Source: Mustelus asterias
Taxonomy: Eukaryota
Reading direction: 5' to 3'
DNA length: 64,000 bases
Assembly: GCF_964213995.1 (NCBI RefSeq)
Contig: NC_135802.1
Coordinates: 118,110,001 to 118,174,000 of the forward strand
Part shown: positions 13,331 to 27,409 of the stretch, in pieces
How positions within the stretch are numbered: the stretch's first letter is position 1
Layout: each line of letters starts with the position of its first letter
Notes under the pieces: model-generated
Databases searched by the model: none
The model's input: only the letters and a program-made list of their open reading frames with translations
Told to the model about the DNA's origin: nothing
Made by a program: the position numbers and the translations under genes

Positions 13331-13466
13331 GTGAAAATCTCTTGATTCCATCAATCAGAACAGTATATTCAAACTACCCTTATTTGCCCCTATAAAACTC
13401 AAACCAGTTTGCATATCTGTCTATAGTAAATATTTTGAACTAGATTTTCATTACTTTTAATTCTAG

Positions 13467-13501
13467 GATACAATTACTTGGACGTGGCAAGGACCTGGAG
13501 C
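13467..13501 (+). CDS. LPCAT1: LPCAT1 coding exon, DTITWTWQGPG(A)
   Basis: ttctag acceptor and gtaagt donor; 35 nt; in frame with the previous exon. Confidence 0.95.
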
Positions 13502-16385
13502 GTAAGTTGACTTAATTTTTCTTTTTCCTTTGTCATCAGATTGATATTTATTTCGCACACAGTCGTTGTCATCTAAAGGTTTTAAATGTGAAAATAATGG
13601 AAATTAGTAAGATTAAAGTTTTGATTGAATGCAAAATGTCACCAGCATGATTTATGTTACATTACAGTTTTCATTGTATCATTCTTGGAGGTAAATACTA
13701 GTGAAGATTTAAGAGTTGGCATGACATGAGTCAATGAATCAGGAACTTGCTGAGTAATGGGCAAGGCAGGGACAATATGCAGGTTCTTGAGATGACTAGT
13801 GAGGAATCTCCAACTTGAAATGATACTTTCAGAGATCCTTTGAAAGGATGTGAACTGCATCTCATGGTGTTTGCTAAAATCTATGCATCATTTTTCAAGG
13901 TGGCAGATAACCAATGTCTGCTTTATCTACAATTTGCCTTTAGCGGAGAAGTGAGTTGTGCACATCTTCATACCACTAATAGCTAAAACTGGGTAATCAC
14001 ATAACAAGTAATAGGAACGTGCCCGGCAATAAATGTGAGGATAAAAGAATAATAGTGACTTGGAATTATTTTCCTTTTGCAGCAGTTACTTAATTCAAAG
14101 TCATGTTACAATAAGATTTTTTGGTAAAGGTGGTTTCACAGTTTAAAATGTAGCTGCATAAAACTTTTCCAATAAGGAATGCTTTCTTTGCAAACTAATT
14201 CAAAGAAACATTTCACTCTTTCAAATATAGTTGACTCATTGAACCACCTTCCTGCATCATTCAAAACAAGCTGTTATACTGACAGTATATCTTGCTTGCT
14301 TTCTTGCATAGCAGAAAGTGAAAATAATTTTGACAGACAGGAGAGATGTATGAGAGATCAGGAGAGGCAGCACTATGACACAGTGGTTAGCACTGCTATG
14401 CCCTCTGATGAAGGAAATGTCTGAATGGTGTGCCGGTTTGGTGGGTGAGATTGAGAAAATCAAGGAGAGCAATCAAGTTGATGAAGACTTGAGGTTAAAA
14501 TAGGAATTGAAGCTGCTTAAGCTTATGTCACTCAGTTCAGAAACAGGGAGGATAGGAAGGAGACATTTTTGGCATACCTGAGTTTTAAGCACCTCATAAG
14601 AAATAGGCAGGGTGGTTAAAAAGGGCGAAGTGCTTTAAAGCTGAGGAAGAACTCTGGAAACAGGATAGACTAAAGTGGGCTTGTCATTTAAACAGGGTGA
14701 CATGGTGGTGTTGAGTCTTGGAGAGGAACTGACAATGGTAAAATGGGTAACTCGTAGGAGGGCAGCCCATTCTTCTGAAAATAGGTACTTTCACTGGTTC
14801 AGAAGGGGTTATGAATCTTTCAGAAGCTGTTCATTGGAGATGGGGAATATGTTCTGGATGGTGCTTAAATTCAAATAGGCTTTAGGCATATCAAGGAGAA
14901 ACAGGAGCCTTGAAATGAACAGGAGAGAAGTAGAACACTACACAGTATCCTGGGTAGCTAACATTATGAACCTCTTGCATGGTTCCTTAAGAATGGCAGG
15001 GACACAGGCTGGGAAGGAAAGGATCTATCTGCTCTTTTGATTAGTAACGATGCAGGGAAAACCAAAGAAGAATTTATTCTAAGTAAGAAAACCCTGATAA
15101 AATTATTAAAACCAACCTCAATCTTAAGCATTCAATACCAGGAGTTAGCTGCTATATTACATTAAATTCTTAAGTGTCGGCCATTGTAGTTTATTTGTTA
15201 AATCATAACTTTATCACTGGATAAATCTGACAGATTTATGTCTGTATCAAAACTGAGACATTCTACCTTACTGAGTCATAAAATGGATATGCTTGCATTT
15301 TGTAATCCATGAGTTAAAGATCAGAAAATCTATGGAGTATTCCATATGTCCATCAGACTATTCTGATGTCCGCTTAAGCGTTAGTGAAAGTGTTATAGTC
15401 AAATCAGTATTTTGACAGATTTACAAATCATCTTCCAATTGGCAATTGTGTGTGTGCATTAATTTTTCTAGTTCTGAAGTCCTCATCTGCTTTTGCTGGC
15501 CCCACTTCAGAGGTACATGCTCACAAGCATGCGTGCTTGTGGGCATGTACTTCTAAGAAAATAGTATTTTTACATAATCAATGGAGGGTAGATGCAGCTT
15601 GTAACCCCAAAAATTTCAACTTTGTCACTTTTAACTGTTCTTAATTCTGTTCCTTACAACTTTGGTTTTTAATTTGGTCCATACATATGACGAGCTGGAA
15701 AATTCCTGTGACCTACTTCCAATTCACTGGTATAAATTTGCCAAAAGTGCAGTATACACCCTAGTTAGGTGTTTAAAAGGGATTTCTGCGTACTTGTTGT
15801 GAAGTAGCACCAGTGAAAGCTAAGCAGATTCAGTAAGTTAACGCTTTGTGTAACTAGTTTAAGCAACTTCACAGGAAAATTGTGAGCCTCCCCCCTCTTC
15901 AGGTTCAAGATGAGTAGTATGCAGGATGAATAACCCTTTCAGACAGAACTAAAATAGGCCAATGGTTGGAGTTGAACAAGTTGTAATGATTCATTGGGTT
16001 GATTTGGAGGAGGTAAAATACAAATTAAGAGCCAATGAGTTGACATTCAATTATTAATTTGTTTCTCTATTTATATATTATTTATTAATTTATTCCCTCT
16101 AAGCATCTTAAATGCAATAGTTTGAAGATGTCAAAGGAAAATAAAGATGCTCTTTTTCACATTTTTAAAGCGGAGCTTTCTTCAATTTGTTATTCATTTA
16201 TGGCAGCACATACCCGAGGTCTCATGAACACTTAAATAAAAAATGTGAATTACGTACAGCAATAGGAAACTAATTTTTTCACCAAACACATTTAAACTGA
16301 GTTGTATTCAAAGCACCTGTAAGTTGGAAGATTTTGCAGGGGAAGCCTGATTTTCAGCAAGAACATAATCATGATTACAATCTAA

Positions 16386-16712
16386 GGCAGCACGGTGGCA
16401 CAGTGGTTAGCACTGCTGCCTCACACATCAGGGACGTGAGTTCAATTCCTGCGTTGGGTGACTGTGGAGTTTGCACATTCTCCCCATGTCTGTGGGTTTC
16501 CTCGAGGTACTCCAATTTCCTACCACAATCCAAAAATATGCAGGTTAGGTTGATTGGCCATGCTAAATTACTCCTTGGTGTCAAGGAGATTAGCAGGGTA
16601 AATACGTAGGGATAGGGGGATAGAGCCTGAATGGGATTGTGGTTGGTATAGTTTCAATGGGACAAATGGCCTCCTTCTGCATTGTAGGGATTCTATGTAT
16701 CTATGTGTTCTA
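16386..16712 (+). mobile_element. HE1-type V-SINE (a second 3' half lies at ~16905-17090)
   Basis: ggcagcacggtggcacagtggttagcactgctgcctcac head, V-domain and CR1-like tail. Confidence 0.9.
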
Positions 16713-16717
16713 TTTTA

Positions 16718-16898
16718 TGGTAAGAAGTCTCACAACACCAGGTTAAAGTCCAACAGGTTTATTTGGTAGCAAAAGCCACTAGCTTTCGGAGCGCTGCTCC
16801 TTCATCAGGTAAGTGGGAGTTCTGTTCACAAACAGGGCATATAAAGACACAAACTCAATTTACAAAATAATGGTTGGAATGCGAGTCTTTACAGGTAT
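16718..16898 (-). mobile_element. Penelope-like element terminal repeat (pLTR) fragment
   Basis: Reverse complement of the 38820-38990 end of the Penelope element. Confidence 0.85.
16776..16815 (-). ncRNA. Minimal type I hammerhead ribozyme motif
   Basis: Minus strand reads cttac-CTGATGA-aGGAGC-agc-GCTCC-GAAA-gcta-gtgg: intact core, 5-bp stem II, palindromic AGCT in place of stem III. Confidence 0.75.
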
Positions 16899-17232
16899 TT
16901 CTATTTTATGTGCAGCTTAAGTGGATTGGCCTTGCTAAATTGCCACTAGTGTCCAAGGATGTGTGGGTTGGGTGGATTAGCCATGGTAAGATGTGCAGGG
17001 TTACAGGGAAGGGACGAAGGGCCAGGGAAAGATGCCCTTTTGTAGAGATGGTGCAGACTCGATGGGCTGAACTGTAGAAATTCTATGAACCAGTATAACA
17101 GTTGAAGGGAGTACATCTTGCATCTTATAAATATGTTGTTAGAAATTTCATGATTTAATATATTTTGGTAACATTACTAGCAGATACTATCATGTTCATA
17201 TAATTTCCACAGAATGCAATCTTATTTTTCAG

Positions 17233-17287
17233 GTTAAAAATCCTTTGGCTCACATTGTGCCAGCTACACAATAATGTGGAAATGGAG
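17233..17287 (+). CDS. LPCAT1: LPCAT1 coding exon, LKILWLTLCQLHNNVEME
   Basis: tttttcag acceptor and gttagt donor; 55 nt; phase matches. Confidence 0.95.
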
Positions 17288-18458
17288 GTTAGTTTATGTT
17301 TTGCCTTCCTGAGGGTTAGAACCTTTGTCATTTCATTATGTGGCTTAAATTTTAAAAATACCTGGCCAGAAAATATTAATCAGTAAGTCAGGATAGTATC
17401 TTCTAGCACAGGTTGTGATTTAATGATCTTGCTTTTTTGTATAACCTTTAAGAAATAGATGGAATATTACCAAACAAATATGTCTGATGGGGGCATAATC
17501 GGATTTCATGAGACTCATGATCTCTCTGATCCTGTGCTGCATTTAAAAACTCCAACCACAGACCAATTTCTAGTTTTGTTTCCTTCTGTTCCTTTCCAAA
17601 TAAGAGGAACAATGAATGCTCTTTGAGATTTTTTTAAAATGCCAAAATTGGCAACCTAGTTTAGCTTTGGCACTCTTGGCTTGATCAGCTACACTTTTAG
17701 ACTCGCACATATCCCCATCGATCAAGGACAATTACATTTAAATGAGAAGTGCTTTGCACTCAGCAAACTAACATTTTGTACACTTTATCAAGACTGTCAT
17801 TAATTAAAACAAATACAGCCATTGCAATTTCCCAGTTGTGCAACTGGAAAGTGATTTGAACTTTTGAAATGTAATATGCTTCAGACAACTTAAATCAGTT
17901 GGAAATCCTGGTGCATATTTTTACAAAATTGAATGAAAGTTGTTTTGAATATAATTTTTTCTTCATTAAAATGCAATGGATAAATTGGATGAATTCATCA
18001 TCTGTTGCAAATAGCTGTTAGTGGGCACACGCCACATTCAGTCAAACTGAAATTTAGATTATTAAAACAGTTTTGCATTGCAAATAGTTCAGAATGGCCT
18101 GTGAATATGGTTAGTTTTTTTTAAAAGAACTGATCAATTTCTTAGTAATTTATCACAAAACTCTGAGATTTTTTTTAAAATTCCAGTTTAGTGGCCGATT
18201 TGTGGAATTCCTTCATTTATTTTGCATGAATGGATGGTTTCATTACAATTCACAATGTCTAATATAACTTTGGAGATCAAACAAATAACTTTGGCAATTA
18301 TTTGTTTTAAAATGATCAAGAATGTAGAATTTTAAAACCAGTCATTTCAGTTGAAAGATTCAGTAACCCACCATTCTGTACATTGTTATTTGTATATTAT
18401 TTGGCTGTCAATTAAAAATAATTTTGACACTTCAGAGAGATTTTGATTTTGTTTTCAG

Positions 18459-18541
18459 TTTCTGCCAATTTATACACCTTCCGAGGAAGAAAGAAAAAAC
18501 CCCATTTTGTATGCAAACAATGTCAGAAAGGTAATGGCAAA
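18459..18541 (+). CDS. LPCAT1: LPCAT1 coding exon, FLPIYTPSEEERKNPILYANNVRKVMA(K)
   Basis: gttttcag acceptor and gtaagt donor; 83 nt. Confidence 0.95.
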
Positions 18542-19505
18542 GTAAGTATAATAATACTTATTAAAAGTAAAATCAACACATCTATAATTTATCTTCATTG
18601 ACATTGGCAAGTGTTTTGGAGCACTGGAAAAATTGTTTTTCCCCCCCCCCCTAATATCTCATTCCTTATAACTTCTGAATGATGCTGATATCTTAGTGAT
18701 GATTGAGAGCAATCTTGAGATTTGAATCCAGGCCCCCAGGGGGCTATTTGCTAAAATATCGTGGAAGTCATATACTTATAAATACTTCCAATCTTAAAAT
18801 GCCCAAGGAAGATAATTGCACTCAAGAAAATTAATATGTTTTATTAAAGGTATAAAACACCCGAAAAATTATCTGAACTGAAAACCACTAAAACAAAATC
18901 TAGAGCATTAAATCCTATAGAAACAAGTGAGATGTATGGTTTGACATCTGTACAAGATGAATGATGAATAAAAATGTATACCGTGCCATGTAGACACTCA
19001 AGTTTTATAATGGTCTGGTTGAAACTAATGAATTCATGATCTTACTCATCACCTCCTTTGTTGTGCTAACATTTTTCTAATGGTCTCTTTTGTATCAAAG
19101 TAGCTAGGCCCCCTCCCCTTCTCTGTGGGAATGTTCAATTTCTACTAAAGACCACATAACAAATGTGGCACCACAAATCTGCTTTTATCATGTCTTGTGT
19201 AGATGTCTAATGTAGTGGTCAACCTGTTGCTTTATGTTTATTTTTTAAGTGCTTTGTCATATCATTTTTGAGGTGGTTTATGCTGTTGCAGTTCTTAGTG
19301 GAAGGAAGTGAGTAGCGATTATCTATTGCGTTTATTATTCATTGATGAATGAGATTCAATGTAGTTCATTGTTTTGTACAAACAAAAAGTTCAGACTCTT
19401 CAAAATATTTCCATCAAAATCACTGTGCTCTAGCCAAGTCTGAAGCACGTTAGTTAATATACAATAACTTTTCCCATACTTTTACTTTTGAACTGTTCCT
19501 GGTAG

Positions 19506-19631
19506 AGCTCTTGGTGTTCCTGTGACTGACTACACATTTGAAGATTGTCAGCTTGTAATGTCTGACAGCCAGTTGAAACTTCCTGTGGATACCTGTCTAC
19601 TAGAATTTGCAAAGCTTGTCAGAAAACTCAG
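19506..19631 (+). CDS. LPCAT1: LPCAT1 coding exon, ALGVPVTDYTFEDCQLVMSDSQLKLPVDTCLLEFAKLVRKL(S)
   Basis: ggtag acceptor and gtgagt donor; 126 nt; TDYTFEDCQL and DTCLLEFA are LPCAT1-type rather than LPCAT2-type. Confidence 0.95.
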
Positions 19632-19954
19632 GTGAGTTTTGTTTTACTTTTTTATGATGATAGCCACTCTAAAAGAAAGAAAGCAAACTTATGATGGCTA
19701 ATTTAAACCTTATTGCTTACCTTGAATTTGTTTGTAATTGTATGTCTTTCGGTTTGGTTTACACTTGATGCGGAATGTGTTAAATTTATTGACAAAATGT
19801 TCAACTAATATTTTGGGCAACTTGGAATCTTCTTTTCAAAATGTTTGTGGGATAGGGGTGATGCTGGTGAAATTGTTTCCAGGTTTCCCTGTAACATTTG
19901 TCTAAATGCAGCATTTCTTAATAATCAATGGGATTATAGGAAATTATGCACAAC

Positions 19955-20570
19955 TTTTTTGATTTGATTTATTATTGTCACATGTCTCGGTATATAGTGA
20001 AAAGTATTATTTCTTGAAGGCTATACAGACAAAACATACCATTCATAGAGTACATAGGGAGAAAGGAGAGCATACAGAATATAGAGTTACAGTCAGAGTT
20101 AGGGTGTAGAGAAAGATCAGCTTAGTATATGGTAGGTTCATTCAAAAGTCTGATGGCAGCAGGGAAGAAGCTGTTCTTGGTACGCAATCTCAGACTTTTG
20201 TATCTTTTTCCCAACGGAAGAAGGTTGAAGAGAGTATGCCTGGGGTGCGTGGGTCCTTGATTATGCTGGCTGCTTTTCTGAGGCAGCTGGAAGTGTAGAC
20301 GGAGTCAATGGATGGGAGGATGGTTTGATTGATGGACTGGACTGCGCTCACAACTCTTTGTAGATTCTTGCGGTCTTGGTCAGAGCAGGAGCCATACCAA
20401 GCTGTGATACATCCGAAAAGGGTGCAACAGTAAAAATTGGTGAGAGTCATAGCGGACATGCTGAATTTCCGGTGCCTCCTGAGAAAGAAGTCGGTGGGCT
20501 TTCTTAACTATAGCATCAGGGTGGAGGGACCAGGACAGCTTGCTGGTGATCTGGACACTTACAAACTTTT
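19955..20570 (-). mobile_element. Rex1/Babar-type LINE 3' fragment
   Basis: LTNFY..CITAWYGSCS..RKAASIIKDP; (TTTGA)n tail. Confidence 0.85.
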
Positions 20571-22575
20571 AAAATTAATTTCAGCAGCCACAGGTCAGAC
20601 CAGTGTCTTCAGTTGACTGCTGGTCGTCAGTTGAGTAATTTTTCTGTAACAGCAGATTTTTGCCTGATTGCTGACCAGGAGATTTATGATGATAGATTCA
20701 TGTACTATGTTTGCATATCTGCCTGGGTGCAATGTGTTGAAGCACACCAAGCAAGTGCAATTGGCTGAAAGTTGCTAGTCTGACTTGTAGAGATGGTTAG
20801 TTTTGTGGGTGGTGACTGGTTTGAATAAATACTGTGTTAAATGGACTTGTAAGTTTGCAGAGATTTGGGTGAAATGCGCACACATTTTTGTGCTTAAAAT
20901 TCAGCATTTTCTTTGCTTTTTAATTTGATTCCACCCAAATTGAGCTTTTTGGGCAGAAATCATGTGAAAACTCCGCTACAATTTTTTGGAATTGTTTCAA
21001 CTATAAACTGGTCACTTTGTGAAAAATTTACCATTTTAAAAATTCAATTTTGGAGAGAGCCTTTCAGAGTTTTGCAAAATTCGGTAAAGAAACTAAGGAT
21101 TTTAGTTTTTCAATTTCAGCAGTGAATGGCTTAATCTATAAACCACTGCTCGAATACTAAGGTGATGGAGTTAAGGCAAATGACATGTGTTTTTGTCAAA
21201 ATGTATCTTGTGAAAAACTTGAGCGCAATATATCGACATTGCAGTAACAGTCTGCTTTCCCAGAGTGGAGTTAATTCAGGAGTTTGAATGTTTGACAGCT
21301 CAGCTGGTTCATGATGCAGAGCGATGCCAGCAGTGCAGATTCAATTCCCGGACCAGCTGAGGTTATTCATGAAGGCACACCTCCTCAACCTCCTCAACCT
21401 CCTCAACCTCAGCAACCGGGGGAATGCACACAACACAAACCCCAAGCCAGTGCTGACTCCGGACCAGAAGATCCCCCAAACCCCTGCGCCCATGCAAGCC
21501 CACCCACTCCATCCCACGCATGGGAGCGGCTGAGACTCCCCTCCCCTCACCCCAGTGGTACTCACATCCTCACTCGCTCTTGCTACTGCTGTGCCTGAAC
21601 CAGACTTTTATAGAGCAGTAATGGTGTGCACCAGTGACATTACACCAGTGAGGTGGGGAGATTCTGTGAGGGAGAAGGGTGGTGATAGAGTGCCAACCTT
21701 GCTAATAATATTGAAATTCATGCTAATAATTCTCGTGCCCATTTTGGGCACAAGGTAGTTTGTGCCTGTAAAAGGGGGCTGGGACAATAGCAAACTGTTT
21801 GGCACCGGGTGCAAATCTGATTTTTTTTTTGCTTCGCATGCTATCTTACCACCTCACCACACTGGCCAACGGTTGGAACAAGGTGGTAAGATCACGTCCT
21901 GGGTCGTTGTTTTTTTGACATATTGAAGAACTGCACTAAAGCTCCTATGCAGCTTGAGAATGATAACTTTTGGAGCAAAAAGTTGGAAAACAAATTAATT
22001 CATTTCCATAGGTATCTACATGGATTTATTTTTCAGTAATTTGGGTACTTGAAGACTAACATCCAAACTTGTTTCTATAACCCATCCACCTTAAACAATA
22101 CAGATTTAGTTTTTATTTCCCACGAGTCAACAGAAAATTACAGGGTCTGCTGCGGCAGTGATCACTAGATAAAATGGCATTCTGCACATTTTAGTTAATC
22201 CATCAAGAAAGGCCTTATAATTCCTTTATTGAAGTATCCAGTTGTTGAATCATTCCCTTTTATGATTCCATTACCCTATCTGGAAGTCTATAACATGCGT
22301 TTATTACTTTTCCTAATGTTTGTCAAGATTTGTTTTTTATAATTTGTACAAATGGTCCCTAGCCCCTAGTTTAATTTGAATTATTGACATGCAGAATATT
22401 TTTTCCATGAAATTTTGTGTTTCTTATGCTTCTGCAAATGATATCTGTCACCTCATTTCAAGATTGGAAAAAAAACAAATTCAATCAGTCTTTACTTTTA
22501 ACTGGCAGCACCAGGAAATTAAAGGATCCCACTTAGAATTCACTCAACCATTTTAGGTTGCTGCTTGAATATGTG

Positions 22576-22592
22576 CTGTGCCCTCTAGTGGT
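22576..22592 (-). promoter_or_regulatory. CTCF-like motif CCACTAGAGGGCAC
   Basis: Motif match only, in unique intronic DNA. Confidence 0.4.
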
Positions 22593-23636
22593 TATTGCTG
22601 ATGTTCTCAAAAGATTTTTAAAAACTTGGATTTCTATTGCAATTAAAATGTTTGCATAGAAAAAATATGTTGAAGAAATTGTATAAATGGATTTAAAAAG
22701 GTGCCGAGTTCTTGATTTTTTTTCCTCTGGGGTTACTTGCTGCTCCTCAACAGGAAGTTTTAAACTACATTGAACTAGATCTGATCCAACTTGTTCCCAT
22801 CCTGCTGTAGATTTTGCTCCTCTGCTGCAGGATGATCTGTTTTCCACTTGGCTCCCATGGCTGCTTTCTCTACTTATCCATCAGAACTCCTGCCACTTTT
22901 TGTTGGACTGTGTTTAAATGATTTCTCAGGCTTTTCCAGCTGCTCCCAATCTTGCGCGTTGCCACACTCTACAGATGGTCCTTGGGCCAGTTTCCTAAGT
23001 TGCACCGATCCTGTGGATTTATCTGCTACCATTTCCTGACTTTATGGACTTCACTGAGTTTCATCCACATTGCTTCTGTGGAGCGCACAACAAACACCAG
23101 AGTATACTGTGCATCTTTACTGAACCCACTAGTTAAACCTGCTGGTTCAGGTTCAACTCTTAAGTATGCCTTTCCACTTGCAGCTGCTTTGCGTCCCACC
23201 TTTCTTCCCCTCCCCTCCTCTCCTGCTGCACCCACCACATAGTTCCACATTCATTTTGTGGTTAAATTGGCTTTATTAGAAAGTTTTTGTGAATTTTCCA
23301 TTAAAAACATACCACTCACTTGAGTGAGACTGAAGAAAGCCATTGTATTTAGTGCGCACTCATTAGAGAATGCATTTTCCCAGACAAATTATAATTCATC
23401 GGAAAGAACAGCTGTGGATTTTTAAACATCTAATTTAATTCAAAACATTTTAGAGATGTGCATGAGGCAAAATAGCATTTACATTCAATAGTGACCTCAC
23501 TACACAAATATTTAAGAATATAATTTACTTTTGGTAAGGTGAAGCTGTTACCATTTTCTATTTACCTATATCACTGTCTCAGAATTTTGAAATTAACACT
23601 GTGTGGTGATTATAATGTTTTCATTTACAATTTCAG

Positions 23637-23790
23637 TTTAAAGCCTGATAGAGTTGAAAAGGAATTGGATAGACTTGCAGAAAGTGCCAAAAAAGTGAAA
23701 GGAGAACGGATAACTTTGGAAACGTTTGCTGATTATTTGAAGTTGCCAGTTTGTGATGCATTAACAGATATGTTTGTACTTTTTGATGAG
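23637..23790 (+). CDS. LPCAT1: LPCAT1 coding exon, LKPDRVEKELDRLAESAKK...DMFVLFDE
   Basis: tttcag acceptor and gtaagc donor; 154 nt; lies inside ORF 23539..23859. Confidence 0.95.
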
Positions 23791-25149
23791 GTAAGCTATA
23801 TTGGCAATAAATGTTATCCTAACTGTGTAAAATTTGCTAAGTTTGTGAATTTGTATTAATAATGGATGAATTTGAATGTGCATTTATATTCATTTGTGCC
23901 CCTTACATATTGTACCAACATATTACCAGTTATTGAATGTACTGTACTTTTAAGAATAAACACATTTATCTTTCCTTATATTTACATGCAGTTGCCCCCT
24001 CCCAGACACTGCTTCATGACCTCAAATAGAGGGCAAGTTGGCATATTGCTTCCATTTCTTGAATGATGTTGGTCCCAGCTGCCCAACAGGAAATGTGTGC
24101 CCAAAGGAAAAGGTGGAGGCAAGCTGGTGAAAGCAGCCGACTGTTACTGTCAATGGCTGTGTCTAGCTTCAGTTACGTATTAAGTATGATTGTCCGAACA
24201 ACTCTATTTATCCTACTGCTCACCTGGACACTCTGAAAACCATCACTCTCAGTCATTGCCATGCAAGTGTAATAATGTCTGCAAATTTGACTGCTGACAT
24301 CTTGGATATGGTCTAAAGGCTGTTAATTCTTGCTGTAATGTTCATGCATAGCATGATTGGCCACGTTCACCATGCATGTCATCATGAAGAATGTGCTTCT
24401 AAGGAATCGTCCACCATTACAGTTAATCAGACTTTCGTATACCATATTTATGTCATTGGATTTTTATAACAATCTAACCTAGAAATTTTTGAGCTTCTCC
24501 AAATTCATCCACTTCCTCTTAAGAGATGTAGCTCCAAGGGGAAAGGTGTCTGAACACAGCTGGTGCATTGTTATCTGTCTGATGTCCTTTCACTAGTCTT
24601 GAAAATGCTTCCCGTTCATGCATTCGAGTTGGAGAAACCATTTGTCACACTAAAGAAACTGTAACAAGAAAAAAAACCAAAGGAATTATCACAAAATTCC
24701 ATGAATACCCAGGTGGAAAGCAGGGTAAAATCAAAGCAAAATAGAGATTTAAAATGATTCATTCAAAAGGAAAAGTAGAAAAGAGGTTTCACCAGCACCT
24801 TATACTCTGGCTGTCTTTGAAATTGGTATGTTTTGCACTTGGCACAATAGCAACATGATGGCTAAAAAATGATGGAGGCATTTTCTGTGTTCTTTCGCTA
24901 TTGTGACACCCTACCATATTTGGATGGAGTTGGAATGGGCAGAGAACTGTTATCAGGCTTCTATCCCCATTGCCCGCTATGTTATGCCCATAAAAAGCCA
25001 CACACTGTTGAAATAGACATAAAATTTACTCTTGATCGCGGAAGTGTACAGAAGATCATTTACATTGTAGATAAGAGAACTGAGAAGTACTAGATTACAT
25101 ATAAATTAAATTAATATTACAGTAATGTAATAATTTAATGTGATTTGTC

Positions 25150-25620
25150 TGAGCGTATCATGTTGGCTGAAGGTATCCAAAAAAGAAGGGGTGGCAGTAT
25201 TGATCAAAGAAACAATGTTAGCACTGGAGAGAGGAGTTGAGAGGTGAAAGACAGTCTATTTGGTTCAAACTGAGCACCATATAGGAACTATTACACTTCT
25301 AAGTGCATACTACAGGCCACAAATAGCGGGAAGGGTATGGAGGAATAAAGGGAAAGATGCAGGTAGATGCAGAGTATTGAGAAGAGATTTCAGTTATCTT
25401 ACCACATGTTGGTATGGTAATAGTTCAAATGGTAAAGAGGGGAGGATTCTGAAATGTGTACGAGATTACTCTTTTTTTGATGTGTTTCCAGCCCAAGGGA
25501 AGCCGTGCTGGATCTAGTTCTAGGGCAAATTGAATATGTTACAATGGAACAGGGCTGGAGGAGGAGGGGAGAGCATTTGGGGAACAGTGATCATGATATA
25601 ATCAAGCTTAGTATATTTAT
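25150..25620 (+). mobile_element. Decayed CR1 endonuclease region
   Basis: GGVAVLIK-like, YYRP and LDLVLG remnants; gggaacagtgatcat (SDH). Confidence 0.6.
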
Positions 25621-25639
25621 GGACATGTTACAGTCATGC

Positions 25640-26350
25640 ATAATAAAATCAATAAAACAAAGAAGATAGCCATCGACTTCAGGAAATATAGTGGAGGACA
25701 TGCCCCTGTCTACATCAAAGATGATGAAGTGGAGATGGTTGAAAACTTTAAGTTTCTAGTTGTTCAGATCACCAACAATCTGTCGTGGTCCCTCCATGCC
25801 AACGCTATAGTTGAGAAAGACTTCTACTTTCTCAGAAGGCTAAGGAAATGTGGCATGTCCACTGCATGTCTCTCCAATTTCTGCAGATGCACCATAGAAA
25901 GCATCCTTTCTAGATGTATCATAGCTTGGTATGACTCCTGTTCTGACCAAGACCACAAGAATCTATAAAGGGTTGGGAACATAGCCCAGTCCATCTCACA
26001 AATTAGTCTCCCATCCATTGACTCCATCTACACTCCCTGCTGCCTCAGGAAAGCAGCCAGCATAATCAAGGACGCCTAATACAGCGGACATATTCTCTCC
26101 CACCTTCTTCCGTCAGAAGTAGTACCAACCAATTCATGAAGAGTCTCTTCCCTGCTGCCACCAGATTTTTGAATGGTCCTATCACACACTAAGCAGCTCT
26201 TTCCCTTCACCCTATCGGCAACTGCAATACTAGATTTTGCACCCTATCCTTTCCTTCTCCCCTATGTACTCTATGAATGGTATTTTTTGTCTGCAAGAAA
26301 CAATACTTCTCATTGTATCCCAATACATATGATAAATCAAATCAATTCAA
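25640..26350 (+). mobile_element. Rex1/Babar-type LINE 3' fragment
   Basis: NKTKKIAIDFRK, ITNNLSWS, YFLRRLRK, CTIESIL; aaatcaaatcaa tail. Confidence 0.85.
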
Positions 26351-27409
26351 AAAATACATAACTGGAGAAAGAGTGACTTCAGTGATCTTCAAATATTGGT
26401 AGATAATGCAATAATACGTCAATAAGCATGGTTTCTTGCAAACCACATAACAAGGGAAATAGGAAGGGCTCCAAACTAAATTGAGGGGTGGGGGATGGTT
26501 CTGGAGAGGATATATGTAGTCATAGAAAGCAAAACGATTTGGCAGCATTACAAAGCAGCTATTTAGGTAGTGAGACCCAGAGTGTGACAGGAAGGGACAG
26601 AATGTACAAAAAAAAAGCAGCAAATAGGATAAAAAGGGGGAAAATGGTGAAAAGGTAAAATTAATGGCTCTTTATTTAAATACGCGTATTTAGCACAAAA
26701 TTAATTAACAGCACAATTTGAGGCTAGTGGTATGATCTTATAGCTGTTACAGAGATATGGTTACAAGGAGATCAAAGCTGGAACTAAATATTTAGGAATA
26801 TGTGACTTTTCATAAGGACAAGCAAGATGGAATAAATACAATCACAAGAAATTATCTTGGATCAGAAGATGTAAAATCCATGTCAGTGGAGTTAAGAAAT
26901 AACAAGTGGAAGAAGGCACTGGTGGGAGTAGTCTATAGGCCCCATAACAGTGGCTATATGGAGAACAGAGAATAAATCGGGAGATAATGAGGCTGTGACA
27001 AAATGTCAGTATTTAATCATAGGTGACTTTAATCTTCATGTGGATTGGGAAAATCACCTTGGCAGTGGTAGCCATGAGGAAGAATTCCAAGAGTATATTT
27101 GGCACAGTTTTGTACAACAATATGTTGTGCGTCCAAACAGGGATCATGCTAGTTTGGATCTGTTAATGTGTAACAAGGCAGGTTTCATAAACAATCTCAG
27201 TGTAAAAGATCCCGTAGTGACCACAACGTAGGTAGAACTTTGCATTCAGTTTGAGAGTGAGAAGCGTGGATCAGAAACAACTGTGCCAAACTTAAAAGTA
27301 ATTACTTTGGAATGAGAGCAGAGTTGGCTGGAGTGGAGTGGGAAAGTTTAGCAGAAAATATGGTCGATCAACAATGGCAGACGTTTATGAAAATAGTTCA
27401 TGATTCACA

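Noticed and set aside
21311-21598. Pro/Gln-rich 95-aa ORF with (cctcctcaa)x3
   Set aside because: Short tandem repeat within an unclassified repeat-like segment; no recognisable domain or splice support.
22750-23250. Several overlapping ORFs in pyrimidine-skewed sequence
   Set aside because: No recognisable protein motif and it does not fit LPCAT1 exon phases; possibly an old repeat, but unsupported.
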